Shown piece after piece: positions 37,101-45,837 of a DNA stretch of 64,000 bases. The notes under the pieces were generated by a model that made no database searches, had not been told where the DNA came from, and saw nothing but the letters and a program-made list of their open reading frames with translations. The translations under genes were made by a program, and so were the position numbers. The DNA is from an uncultured Gammaproteobacteria bacterium. GTDB lineage: Bacteria; Patescibacteriota; Patescibacteriia; UBA1558; GWA2-36-10. The first letter of the stretch is position 1. Every line of letters begins with the position of its first letter. The stretch spans positions 63,209 through 127,208 of the forward strand of contig CAZWIT010000002.1 of the NCBI GenBank assembly GCA_964633905.1, written 5' to 3'.

Positions 37101-40100
37101 GTAATATTAATACTGAACTTTTATATTGTAACGCCGCTAGTGCTAACTTAATCAACCCTCGTTGTGGTAATGGTAGAATAGATTGGGTTTGTTCAAATAG
37201 AAATTATAATAATCAAACTGATTGTGAGGCTAATAGCGGAACGTGGTATGAAGAGGAATGTGACGGTGGTTATCAAGATAATCAATGTAATCCAATTTTA
37301 AGTGCTACTTATGGAGTACATACCTGGTGGAACGAACAAAGAACAGGTTGTTATCCAGCTGGTAGTATTGTAGGAGGTAATTCCGTAGAATGTACTTGGT
37401 ATGAGCCTGATGTAGCAACCATGTTTGCTCTATGCGGAGGCTATTGTGGTAATAATGCTTTAGAAAGTAATTATGAAGATTGTGAAAATATAAATGGCAA
37501 TACTAATTTTGGCGGAGTGAATTATAGTTGTGCCAATGGCATAGCGCCTACTTGTAGTCCAACTAGCTGTCAAGCTGTTTGTGGTCCTATGCAAACTCCA
37601 GCTGCAGCTTGCGGTGATGGCATTTGGACTGAATTAGTAGAAGAATGCGATGCTAGTGCTCCTAATAATGCAAATGGTTTATCGGAGTTAGATTGTACAG
37701 AAAATGGTAATGTTAGTTGTAATAACAATTGTGAAGCAGTATGTGATACGGGCGTAGCTTATGACGGTCAGTGTGGCGACGGTAATCTTAATAGTGATAT
37801 CAATCCAGTAAGTGGCGATCCTTATGAAGAATGTGATTATGGTGCTTATGCGGTGCCAAGTCCAGCTCAATCATCGCTTACTAACCCTTATACTTGTTTA
37901 CAAAATTGTACTTTTGGTTCAGATTATTGTAATGATACAATTAAACAAGGTGGTTTTGACGAGATTTGTGATACCACTTTAGCTATTAGTCCGACACCAC
38001 CAAATTCTTCTCGTTATAGTCAATATCAGTGCCGTACAGTAAATGACGCAGCTGATCCTTTGTGGACAAAATGTACACCTACAGCCGGCGGTTATTGTGG
38101 TGATGGCACTATTCAAAATGGACAAAATGGAACTTTCGCAGCTGGTGAAATTTGTGATTCTGCTTATCATCCAACTCCAGCAGAAAGCGGCCCAGAAAAT
38201 ACTTACTCTTGTAGTTATACTTGTATGACTAGGACCGGCGGTTATTGTGGCGACACTATTATACAGGATGGTAATAATGGCACTACTGATTATGGTGAAA
38301 CTTGTGATTATGCTGCTTATGCTCCGCCACTACCAGTAGATGCTGATGATATTAATCATCAATATGTTTGTAGTGATGTTTGTTTAGCTGATAGTGGTGG
38401 CTGGTGTGGTGATTCTATTTTGCAGCCTCAATTTGGCGAAGATTGTGATTATGGTAACCCATCAACTCACACTATTCCAGATCCTTGGAATAGTAATTCC
38501 AGTAATCCCTACACTTGTCCTAGTTGTTCCGTTGGTTCATATTGTGGTGATGGTGTTATTGATGTTGCCTATGGCGAGCAATGTGACGCTGGCATGACAC
38601 CACCAGCACGTAAAGTTGAATTAGCGTTTGTTTATGATATGTCGCGTAGCATGCAAACTGCAGCCGCAGCCTTGTGTGGAGTTTTGGATACTTTCTTAGA
38701 TAATTTTGATCCATCAACTACTTTTAGAGTCAGTATTTTCGTTTTAGGTGATGATGCACCAGGTTCTACTGGTAGTCCGCGCACTTTGACACCTGGTACA
38801 AGCGATGATTTAAGAGCACTGACAGATAATGGCACTTGTAGCACAGATGCTCCAGATACAGTTAGTTGTGAGCATAGAAATGTTTATAATAGCTTAGTGC
38901 GTGGTTGCACTGCGCTTTGGGATAGACATGTAGCAGAAATTGCCACTTATAGTGATAGTACTAATCTTAATAAATTTAGATTTTTAAGTTTTTATGATAA
39001 CAATGCTAGTGATCCAGCCTATAATCACATAACTGGCGGCGTAACAAATTTTACCAGTGCTGATGATCATACTAGCTTAAATGGTTGCAATGATGCAGAA
39101 CCGGGTGGTAGATTAGAGAATTGGGGTTATGCTACTGAAAAAATTATTAACAATTATCAGTGGTTAAGTGGTTATCAACGCATAGTTATACCAGTAAGTG
39201 ATGAGTATGCTTGGTGTGGTGGTGATGTAGCTATACCAACAGCAGCAGCTAATGAGAACAATTGCAATACACCAAATACTTGTTCAGGTACTCCGGCTAC
39301 TGGACAACTTGCTAGTGATGATATTATTTCTAGAATTATAAGTTCGGCTACTAATCCGGCTACAAAAGCTTTTGTTAGCCCAGTAATTTTGGCAGGTGCC
39401 GATAATCAAGCTATAGCTTTGCAAGCAGCCAATGCCACAGGTGGTTATATGAGTACGGCTGCTGATGCTAGTTCTTGGAATACGAATATTAATAATATGG
39501 TTGGTGGCGTTTTCTGTGATAGTCATCCAGCTGATGGTGTTATGGATTGTATGTTGCCTGGTGGAGCTCCACCGGCAGCAGGCTTACCAACTTTGTCATT
39601 GCCATATTATTACATATCAAGTGATAGTAATAGTAGCAATAGGAGCGTAACTATAACTCTTGGTGGTACAGCCACTTGGTGGGATGCAGTTTCAAATGAT
39701 CCAACTTGGATTACCAATGTTAGTAAATCTGGCAACACTCTTTCTTTTAGCATAGCGGCTAATACTGGTTCTGTGACCAGAACTGGCTCAATTAAACTTA
39801 CGGCCGGAGCAGCAACTGGGTCACCAATAACAGTCAATCTTAGCATTGATCAATTAGCGCCAGTGCCAGTGCCAACTTTGTCATTACCATATTATACTTT
39901 AGATAGGGACAGCTCGGCAGTCACTATTAGTGTGCCAGTGACTATTGGCGGTTCAGCTACTTGGTGGCAAGCAATTTCTAATAATACGGCTTGGATTAGT
40001 GGTATAAGTCAAGTAGGTAATACACTTTCTTTTAATATAGCTGCCAATACCGGACCGGATAGGACTGGTACAATTTCAGTTAGAGCTGGCGCGCCCACTG

Positions 40101-41848
40101 GTGTGCCAATAGCAGTGACACTGACTATTAATCAAGCAGCGCCAGTAGTACCTCCTGATACAATGCCGCCAACTCCAATTGGAAATACTTTAGTAGCTAC
40201 TCCAGCCGATGGTCAAATTCGTTTAGATTGGGCAGTAGCCACTGATGATAGAGGCGCAGTTATTTATGAGGTAGAAAGATTAGGGCCTACTACTGGAAAT
40301 TATCTAGCTTATTCTAATACCTTTAATCAAAGCGGTTTAAGTAATGGCGTAAGTTATTCTTATCGAGTCAGAGCACGAGATTTAGCTGGTAATATAACGG
40401 CTTGGACAAATACAGCTTCAGCTACTCCTGTTCCAGCCGCTATTCCGCCAATTGCTCCAGCTAATTTAGAAGCTTTTGCACAAGCAGGGGGTATTTATTT
40501 GACTTGGGGCACGGCAACCGTAGGTGATCCAATATCATATTTTAGACTGGAGCGGTCCACTAATTTTAGTTTTTCAACCGTAGATGTGGTTGCTGACATT
40601 AATTTTGCTAGCTTTACTGGTAGCTATACTGATAGTTTTCCTTTAGCTAATCCGACGGTTACTTATTATTATCGAGTAAAGTCAGTAAATAGTGGTAGTG
40701 GTCTAGAGTCTACTTATGTTGGTCCAGTAAATGCTACTATTCCTGATACAACTGCGCCTAGTGTTCCTACAAATTTAACAAGTACTTATTTGAGTGATAC
40801 ACAGTATCGTTTTAGTTGGACAGTTTCAACAGATAATATTGCTATAGATCATTATGAAGTAGAATATCAGGCTGACGCTTTTGTATCTGATGGCACAGGA
40901 ACAAATATTGGTAATCCAACTACCAACTCAATAGATTTTACATTGGATCCTACGGTTGCAACTTATTCTTTTCGAGTACGAGCCTTTGATGCTGGTGGTA
41001 ATCAATCTGCTTGGTCATCAGCGTTAGTAGCTTTTGCTGTTGATGTCTTGCCACCGACTAATCCTACTAATCTTACAGCTTCTGTTTCATTTGGTAATGT
41101 TAATTTAAATTGGACAGCGGTTAGTGATAATATTGGTGTTAGCGGCTATGATTTATTAAGAGCTACTACTAGTGGTGGGCCTTATACTTTAATTGTTTGT
41201 CCCTCGATGTCTTGTAATGTCACTGGATCAACTGCTAGAAGCAACACTTCTGTAGCGCCGGGGACTTATTATTATGTAGTAAAAGCCTTTGATGCTGCTG
41301 GTAATAGATCGGATATTTCTAATCAAATAGCAGTAACAATTTTGCCACCAGCACCACCTAGTGTACCTACTAATTTTACTGGCATGCCAATAGGCAGATT
41401 AGTAAGTTTAAATTGGACAGCTTCTATTGATGATGTATCAGTGACTAATTATGAGGTTCAATATAAACCTAATTTAACTGGGACCTGGACTCTTGTTGGT
41501 AGTCCAACTACTAATGCTCTGAGCTATTCAGTACCAGCTCTAGTTACCCAACCATATTTTCGTGTTAGAGCTAAAGATAATGATAATAATTATTCAAATT
41601 ATTCAACTGAATTGACCGTTACTATTGATGGTACTGGTTGTACTGAAACATTTTGTAATCAATGGGATGCTATTAATAGTGCTAATAGAACTGCATGTGC
41701 AAATCAGTGTGTAAATAATAGCGGTTGTTGTCAAGCTTGCGTAGATCCATATAATTCTTATGTTGGTTGTCGTTTGAATCCTGATGCGGTTACTAATTCC
41801 TGTTCTAGTAGTCAGGTGTCCATGCCATTAGGTGTGCGTTGTGATTAA
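31178..41848 (+). CDS. Giant (3556 aa) multidomain surface protein/adhesin with an N-terminal VirB2-like pilin domain
   Basis: Uninterrupted ORF; pilin N-terminus paralogous to the upstream gene; IPT/TIG repeats (I.G.NFG), Ig-like domains, CGDG..E.CD Cys repeats, DMSRS VWA-like motif, two BACON-like repeats, about five FN3 repeats. Confidence 0.9.
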   Translation: MKKISILVIFWLLLGLMFALPAWAQGAFGTNTLTNLAVYSTRSITDTIVGIVNIILGFLGVIAVLLFLYSGWLWLSSRGDAQKIQKSKLIMASTVIGLLIIFASYAITNFIIARIAEETGTIETTPPGYVPPGPGPVTCPLPANDGDIDVCQVYPGAAAPGNYFTITGWNFGNYVAGNSRAVLRDNLGNETALDLVSCDGNPIWNLIYTTPDGDNSFYEIRAIVPDITAAVYDVRVYRNATVFDQETNNSFTVSPPGAVGLNIACLRPSFGAARPTPESVIAEGINFGTSAGTISMKGWVGSSEADITVPSGTWDDTLITFQIPDNALASDVKITHNADINNWDTRYFMVTCGGDDGNCSSGCCSNYNECRPNTNEFCPAGANFSSAPRIDAISPNNGAAGNLVTILGQNFGTVAGTVWFNGASGPIQGVVPSILYPGICPAGNYWYDNYIIIGVPVGTIDGSVYIMTGAAIPEQSNNASFDENGISRPGLCQLNPIGGSFQNETRVNTTGINFASTDKILFSVDPDITGNDYIYTSPNEASAVVPNLQNGQVGVQIKNNADQYSNPLPFQVSDSFFGQPRIVTTSPNGIKSGVYITIFGTNFGNLAGQVLFNDVNNATNPDLVGIVPSNPMCQNAYWQNNQIVVETPNLPDISNGSPYEIVVKRADAVVSEAYDINYNTSLEDGVFLCAVVPDNGPNNFSPVDFYGSGFSDNSVRIQFNGAANTVNPTGFNDTQAWDTTVPGDALSGQVILQSQADNGTWLNSNALNFNIAGCSQNSDCQGSEQCCPGNFGNYCSLSCDQILSCTYTSTLHTQNIPFSINYNYNCDTDWQSPTPWPDGLLSYSSQDNYVDSNISFTFTRNIVDADLEPAAHKIRLYECDNRNTSCDVEINIATNIIGQNSNQEGVLINPLNNLAENTWYKVVLVGDFRAEGGNEYWNTSYDPDLQVVGGWNFRTKSTDLACEISSIQVTPQSAAANFYLGNSRDFYSAPTANNCNLCGGNYNWTWQLTNPPNPDAANVTDPSNIGTNIGHTRLTSDLPINYATEFLSPNYVNLQCNVNQAIAPSFSQPVVLAPILLVENYGPLCSASCDNGTVWIDFNTQIAATYLNNTYFSIQDCNNDASCASPLATNLVNNIALPQDSNFRITLPHAAFTHNHYYRVQALDTIRNIHGYQLDDTKTWVFGVGDASCEVASVNLNPSNATVAISNQIAYGAQAYSDPNACYIHGQPIDCLAANNCTWLWASSNNTIATIENNNSSVSNATGVAVGTTNISANARQAGVDHIDSGILTVVESITTPVDPHLPPRVENIRPLDGETNICPNAAITMDFTELMDPASVMAHVKLYAQPDNYDVNGDGVADLQDVALISGNINLWDLVDVNYGVTHFDSNSDNIPDKTTVILYPTSLLRIVNKINHVVVQGNVTSIYNIALDSGQYNFEGQIPDMPGNDSYSWHFTTGADLCRISYIQTIPTSDWFLCAGDNCGITDVEPATPGHQHSYTAIARDVRGIALAGSISYDWSLNNDGINLLLNNDGSPAAGATPNVHFKVANENGRETLIVNAQGSDVGSASANIGIDVFLCEVPWPGPGLNLFPWQDDAYNFSTYYCPDVDQNDGIASLPILNNNPIENPNHPASVLREYIFSVPAPVSMDSGNNFGSLSTSKYNQTDSWWSHLFKKVSKPWQALVARGQGIGTDIIALRIMSNLNHLSVEDWYELNAPNPDIGGTSLEVDGYPALQVGNTVYISAFNLDDAGNVRYTNIYILAYNIGARPTTVEIFSQLLDNFRLNTNVDQQNNICVGGVDAGNVCSSDFDCADHNCQSQGLKLRRDLVRLGDMLNINSKLIEYGETHKACSNNSLTACVNNSQCPNGGTCINYYPLLNAGTFVRGQSNSSWPSWQQTLATGLSGSLPLDPINLFNACGDPGFDPNTCWNEEALEFSCPIGSLIYHYQRSETGDGYDLSANFESISNFATLLDPMDSNINTELLYCNAASANLINPRCGNGRIDWVCSNRNYNNQTDCEANSGTWYEEECDGGYQDNQCNPILSATYGVHTWWNEQRTGCYPAGSIVGGNSVECTWYEPDVATMFALCGGYCGNNALESNYEDCENINGNTNFGGVNYSCANGIAPTCSPTSCQAVCGPMQTPAAACGDGIWTELVEECDASAPNNANGLSELDCTENGNVSCNNNCEAVCDTGVAYDGQCGDGNLNSDINPVSGDPYEECDYGAYAVPSPAQSSLTNPYTCLQNCTFGSDYCNDTIKQGGFDEICDTTLAISPTPPNSSRYSQYQCRTVNDAADPLWTKCTPTAGGYCGDGTIQNGQNGTFAAGEICDSAYHPTPAESGPENTYSCSYTCMTRTGGYCGDTIIQDGNNGTTDYGETCDYAAYAPPLPVDADDINHQYVCSDVCLADSGGWCGDSILQPQFGEDCDYGNPSTHTIPDPWNSNSSNPYTCPSCSVGSYCGDGVIDVAYGEQCDAGMTPPARKVELAFVYDMSRSMQTAAAALCGVLDTFLDNFDPSTTFRVSIFVLGDDAPGSTGSPRTLTPGTSDDLRALTDNGTCSTDAPDTVSCEHRNVYNSLVRGCTALWDRHVAEIATYSDSTNLNKFRFLSFYDNNASDPAYNHITGGVTNFTSADDHTSLNGCNDAEPGGRLENWGYATEKIINNYQWLSGYQRIVIPVSDEYAWCGGDVAIPTAAANENNCNTPNTCSGTPATGQLASDDIISRIISSATNPATKAFVSPVILAGADNQAIALQAANATGGYMSTAADASSWNTNINNMVGGVFCDSHPADGVMDCMLPGGAPPAAGLPTLSLPYYYISSDSNSSNRSVTITLGGTATWWDAVSNDPTWITNVSKSGNTLSFSIAANTGSVTRTGSIKLTAGAATGSPITVNLSIDQLAPVPVPTLSLPYYTLDRDSSAVTISVPVTIGGSATWWQAISNNTAWISGISQVGNTLSFNIAANTGPDRTGTISVRAGAPTGVPIAVTLTINQAAPVVPPDTMPPTPIGNTLVATPADGQIRLDWAVATDDRGAVIYEVERLGPTTGNYLAYSNTFNQSGLSNGVSYSYRVRARDLAGNITAWTNTASATPVPAAIPPIAPANLEAFAQAGGIYLTWGTATVGDPISYFRLERSTNFSFSTVDVVADINFASFTGSYTDSFPLANPTVTYYYRVKSVNSGSGLESTYVGPVNATIPDTTAPSVPTNLTSTYLSDTQYRFSWTVSTDNIAIDHYEVEYQADAFVSDGTGTNIGNPTTNSIDFTLDPTVATYSFRVRAFDAGGNQSAWSSALVAFAVDVLPPTNPTNLTASVSFGNVNLNWTAVSDNIGVSGYDLLRATTSGGPYTLIVCPSMSCNVTGSTARSNTSVAPGTYYYVVKAFDAAGNRSDISNQIAVTILPPAPPSVPTNFTGMPIGRLVSLNWTASIDDVSVTNYEVQYKPNLTGTWTLVGSPTTNALSYSVPALVTQPYFRVRAKDNDNNYSNYSTELTVTIDGTGCTETFCNQWDAINSANRTACANQCVNNSGCCQACVDPYNSYVGCRLNPDAVTNSCSSSQVSMPLGVRCD
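39587..40135 (+). repeat. Tandem ~285-nt duplication encoding two BACON-like domains
   Basis: CCAACTTTGTCATT(G/A)CCATATTAT at 39587 and 39872; PTLSLPYY...GG(T/S)ATWW...GNTLSF.IAANTG occurs twice. Confidence 0.85.
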
Positions 41849-41878
41849 TAATTTATCTAATATAATTTTTAAAAAAAT

Positions 41879-42724
41879 ATGTTTGAAGATTTAAAACAAG
41901 GTAATGGCCCCACTGGGCCGAGTGTAAATTCAATGCCAAATGCACCAAAGGCGCCGGTAGCTGATATGTTTGCGGAAGTTGATCCAAATAATAGTCCAGA
42001 CGGGCTGATTAGGCCTAGCGCGGTTCAATCAGGAAAAATTAAGCCAGTTGGCAATAATAATTGGTCAGCACCAGATGGGTCAGCAAGCAATGTTCAAGTA
42101 GACCAAATGTTAGTTGGTGATAGCCGTGGGCCAGTTAATCGTAAAATTATTGTAATGGTATCAGTAATTATCTTATTGATAGCTTTTGGAGCAGCTGCTT
42201 ATTTTATCTTTAAAGATAGAATTAATGGTGTTATTAGTAAAAATACTAATGTGACCCAAAACACTAATACTAGCAATGCTAACCTTAACAGAAATCAAAA
42301 CACTAATATTGGTAATGCCAATGTAAATACCAATGTCAATTTGAATCAAAACACTAATGTCCAAGTAAATCTAGACGATGATTCGGATGGATTAGATAAT
42401 GAAACAGAAATCAAGCTAGGCACTAATATTAGACTAGTTGATAGTGATAATGATGGTTTATCAGATTGGGATGAAGTTAAATTATATAAAACCGATCCCT
42501 TAAAGAGTGATTCAGATAATGATAAATTAATTGATGGTCAAGAACAATTAGTTTATTTTACTGATCCTTTAGTTGCTGATACTGATAAAGATGGTTATAG
42601 CGATGGCGAAGAAGTGCTCAATGGCTATAATCCCAAAGGCACTGGTAAACTAGAAAGTACCAGCACAATACCTGGCTTAATTCAAAATTTTAATACTAAT
42701 GTTAATAGTAACGTAAGTCAATAA
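41879..42724 (+). CDS. Single-TM protein with an Asn-rich linker and DxDxDG (thrombospondin type 3-like) Ca-binding repeats
   Basis: DSDGLDN, DSDNDGLSD, DTDKDGYSDGEEV..GYNP. Confidence 0.85.
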   Translation: MFEDLKQGNGPTGPSVNSMPNAPKAPVADMFAEVDPNNSPDGLIRPSAVQSGKIKPVGNNNWSAPDGSASNVQVDQMLVGDSRGPVNRKIIVMVSVIILLIAFGAAAYFIFKDRINGVISKNTNVTQNTNTSNANLNRNQNTNIGNANVNTNVNLNQNTNVQVNLDDDSDGLDNETEIKLGTNIRLVDSDNDGLSDWDEVKLYKTDPLKSDSDNDKLIDGQEQLVYFTDPLVADTDKDGYSDGEEVLNGYNPKGTGKLESTSTIPGLIQNFNTNVNSNVSQ

Positions 42725-42727
42725 ATT

Positions 42728-43735
42728 ATGCTGTTTGACAAAAAGAAAACTGTAAATGATAAAGAGAAAAATATAAAAGAACAAGCCGAAAATGTAGTTA
42801 CTACACCAGCTATTAAAGATGAAGATGTTCATGTTATGCCAGGTAAGTTTGTAGCTTTGGCTCCTGATGTTAAAAAGAGCGGAACTAAAACCATGACTAA
42901 AGTTTTACTTTCTTTACTGTTTTTTTTGATACTGGTGGTAGGAGGAGCAGCTTGGTATATTTTGAGTAAAAAAAATCCAGTTATCGTTGCTAATCAAAAT
43001 AATAATAAAAATATTAATGCCGCTGTTAATAATCAGAACAATACCAATACTAGTAATGTAAATATGAATGTTAATGATATTATTAACAGTATAATTAATA
43101 ATACTACTACCACTAATCAAAATACTAACATTAATAGTAATGTTAATAATGTAGTAGTAGTGCCATCTGAAAATAATCAGGACAGTGACCAAGATGCTTT
43201 GACTTTTCTAGAAGAAACTTTATATAACACTAATGAAGCATTGGCTGATAGTGATAAAGATGGCTATAAAGATGGGGCAGAGTTGTTAAGTTTATACGAT
43301 CCCAGTATTGCTGGTGGGAGTTTAAGTAATTCCAACTTAATTAAAGTTTACAAAAATGATAATTTTAGTTATCAGCTTTTTGTTCCTAAAAAATGGTTAG
43401 TACAAAGTATTGATGACGGTCGTCGGCAAATCAACTTTGTGCCAGATTCGGCTACTGGCGAAACCATTGTTATTAAAGTGACAGATAACACTCAACATTC
43501 AGAACTAGCCGATTGGCAGAAGATTTTATTGCCAACTAAAACTGTAGAAAATTATCGTTTAGCTAATTATTCGGCGGTAAAAACTAGTGATGGTAAGCAA
43601 GTTTTATTTGTCAACTATGATTATGTTTTTATGATTAGCTATGATCAAGCAAGCGTTGTTAATGCTAATTTTAGTACAACTTTTGGCATGATGTTAAAGA
43701 GTTTTGCTTTAAATATTAAGGAAGTTTCCAATTAA
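42728..43735 (+). CDS. Single-TM protein with an Asn-rich linker, DxDxDG repeats and a PsbP-like C-terminal domain
   Basis: DSDQDAL, DSDKDGYKDG; YKN..FSY...VP..W ... F..MLKSF. Confidence 0.8.
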   Translation: MLFDKKKTVNDKEKNIKEQAENVVTTPAIKDEDVHVMPGKFVALAPDVKKSGTKTMTKVLLSLLFFLILVVGGAAWYILSKKNPVIVANQNNNKNINAAVNNQNNTNTSNVNMNVNDIINSIINNTTTTNQNTNINSNVNNVVVVPSENNQDSDQDALTFLEETLYNTNEALADSDKDGYKDGAELLSLYDPSIAGGSLSNSNLIKVYKNDNFSYQLFVPKKWLVQSIDDGRRQINFVPDSATGETIVIKVTDNTQHSELADWQKILLPTKTVENYRLANYSAVKTSDGKQVLFVNYDYVFMISYDQASVVNANFSTTFGMMLKSFALNIKEVSN

Positions 43736-43740
43736 CAATC

Positions 43741-44154
43741 ATGGCCAATTTATTAATTGTAAATAGCCGTCATTGGCACATTGATTTTAGCTGGTTAGCA
43801 AAATTGGAAGTTATTTTAAAAAAACAATTTAAGATAAAACAAGAAATTTCCATTAGCTTACTTACTCCAGCCGAAATAAAAAAGTTAAATAAAGTTTATC
43901 GACACAAAAATAAAGTAACAGATGTTTTATCATTCACTTTAGCGGATAAATTATTATTAGGTGAAGTTTTAATCTGTGTTGAGCAAGCTAAAAAGCAGGC
44001 TAAAATTAAAGGGCATAATTTAAAAAGAGAATTACAAATTTTGACAATTCATGGAATTTTACATCTTTTAGGTTATGATCACGAACGGAGCGAGGCAGAA
44101 TGGAAAAAACAAAATAAGATGGAAACGGAGATATTAAAGAAAATGATTATATGA
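43741..44154 (+). CDS. ybeY: rRNA maturation endoribonuclease YbeY
   Basis: LNKVYR, TDVLSF, HGILHLLGYDH. Confidence 0.96.
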   Translation: MANLLIVNSRHWHIDFSWLAKLEVILKKQFKIKQEISISLLTPAEIKKLNKVYRHKNKVTDVLSFTLADKLLLGEVLICVEQAKKQAKIKGHNLKRELQILTIHGILHLLGYDHERSEAEWKKQNKMETEILKKMII

Positions 44155-44486
44155 GCTGGTGGCAGAGTTTTAAGCACGCTTGGCGTGGTTTAAGAATAGT
44201 ATTAAGTAGTGAAAAAAATTTTCAACGCCATCTTTTGATAGCGTTTTTAGTGATTGCTTTTGCTCTGTGGCGCGGCCTGACTCCTAGTTTATGGATCGCA
44301 TTACTGCTTACTATTGCTTTGATTTTGGCTTTAGAAATTTTTAATTCAGCTATTGAAAGATTAGTAGATATTTTAGCGCCTCGGACTCATAGTTTTGCCA
44401 AAGAAATAAAAGATTTGCTCGCTGGCATGGTGTTATTAGTTTCATTTTTTGCAGTTTTAATTGGTTTTATCATTTTTTTAATCTAG
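44151..44486 (+). CDS. dgkA: Diacylglycerol/undecaprenol kinase family protein
   Basis: SFKHAWRG, EKNF, EIFNSAIE, KD...G; ATGA overlap with ybeY. Confidence 0.9.
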   Translation: MSWWQSFKHAWRGLRIVLSSEKNFQRHLLIAFLVIAFALWRGLTPSLWIALLLTIALILALEIFNSAIERLVDILAPRTHSFAKEIKDLLAGMVLLVSFFAVLIGFIIFLI

Positions 44487-44552
44487 CTAAGGGGAAAAAT
44501 TTGGCAAAAAGCTTTAATTTAGTTATAATTAATAATCATATAGCAATCAAGG

Positions 44553-45800
44553 ATGGGGAAAAATAAGGATATCATTACTAGTTTGGATATTGGTAGCCAG
44601 GCGATTCGGGTGGTCATGGGACAGCGCTTGGGGGACGGGCGTTTAAAAGTTATTGGCGTAGCCGAAACTCCCGCTACTGGTATTAGTCGCGGCAGTATCA
44701 ATTCAATTGAAGATGCTGTTTCTTGTATTGCTGAATCTCTAGAAAAATGTGAAAAAATGACAGCTACCCGCATTGATAAGATTGTGGTAGGCATGTCTGG
44801 TACACATATAAAAACTGTAAATAGTCGGGGAGTGGTGGCTGTTGCTAAAGCCAATGAGACTGTAGAGGGTTCTGACATTGAGCGGGCTTTAGAAGTAGCA
44901 GAAAGCACGACCATTATGCCTAATTTTGAAGTTTTACATGTTTTACCGATTAGCTATAATTTAGATAACCAAAAAAATATCAAAGAACCACAAGGCATGA
45001 CCGGAGTTCGTTTAGAAGTAGAAACTCAAGTAGTAATGGCTATGTCGGCTCAAGTTAAGAATTTAACTAAATGTATTTATCGTACTGGTGTTGATATTGA
45101 TTATATTGTTTTTTCTATTTTAGCTACTGCTGAAGCAGTGCTTACTAATAAACAAAAAGAATTAGGAGTAGCAGTAGTAAATCTTGGCTCATCAACAACA
45201 TCGCTGGCGGTTTTTGAAGAAGGTAATATTTTGCATACGGCGGTTTTACCAGTTGGTGCTGGTCATATTACCAATGATTTGGCAATTGGCTTGAAAACTT
45301 CGGTTAGTACTGCCGAAGCAGTAAAAATTGATCATGCGCAAGCAATTTCAGAGGGAATTTCTAAACGTGATGAAGTAGATTTACATAAATATTCAGAAGA
45401 AGAAAAAAAAGGCACTTATGTTTATCGTAAGGACATTGCTACTATTGCCGAAGCCAGGGCTACTGAAATTTTTGATATGGTCAATGCCGAGCTTAAAAAA
45501 ATTGATCGAGCTGGTAAATTGCCAGCGGGTATTATTTTGACTGGCGGTGGTGCTAAGATGCCATTGATTATTGATTTAGCCAAAAGCATTTTTAATTTAC
45601 CAGTATTTTTAGGTTTGCCAGTTAATCATGATTTTCCCATTGATAAATTAAATGATCCTGAGTATACTACAGCTCTAGGCCTAGTTATTTGGGCTGATCG
45701 TAATATTGAATCAAAAACCCATTACGTACCAGGTGGGGATATTTTTAAAGATTTAGCTGGTAAGACTAAAAATATTTTTAGATCTATTTGGCCTTCCTAA
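44553..45800 (+). CDS. ftsA: Cell division protein FtsA
   Basis: LDIGS, HITNDLA, ILTGGGA; upstream of ftsZ. Confidence 0.97.
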   Translation: MGKNKDIITSLDIGSQAIRVVMGQRLGDGRLKVIGVAETPATGISRGSINSIEDAVSCIAESLEKCEKMTATRIDKIVVGMSGTHIKTVNSRGVVAVAKANETVEGSDIERALEVAESTTIMPNFEVLHVLPISYNLDNQKNIKEPQGMTGVRLEVETQVVMAMSAQVKNLTKCIYRTGVDIDYIVFSILATAEAVLTNKQKELGVAVVNLGSSTTSLAVFEEGNILHTAVLPVGAGHITNDLAIGLKTSVSTAEAVKIDHAQAISEGISKRDEVDLHKYSEEEKKGTYVYRKDIATIAEARATEIFDMVNAELKKIDRAGKLPAGIILTGGGAKMPLIIDLAKSIFNLPVFLGLPVNHDFPIDKLNDPEYTTALGLVIWADRNIESKTHYVPGGDIFKDLAGKTKNIFRSIWPS

Positions 45801-45837
45801 ATTATTTTATAATTATTGATATTTTAAGATAAAATTC

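Noticed and set aside
42230-43160. AAT/ACT-rich low-complexity tracts as DNA tandem repeats
   Set aside because: They are in-frame Asn/Thr-rich linkers of two membrane proteins
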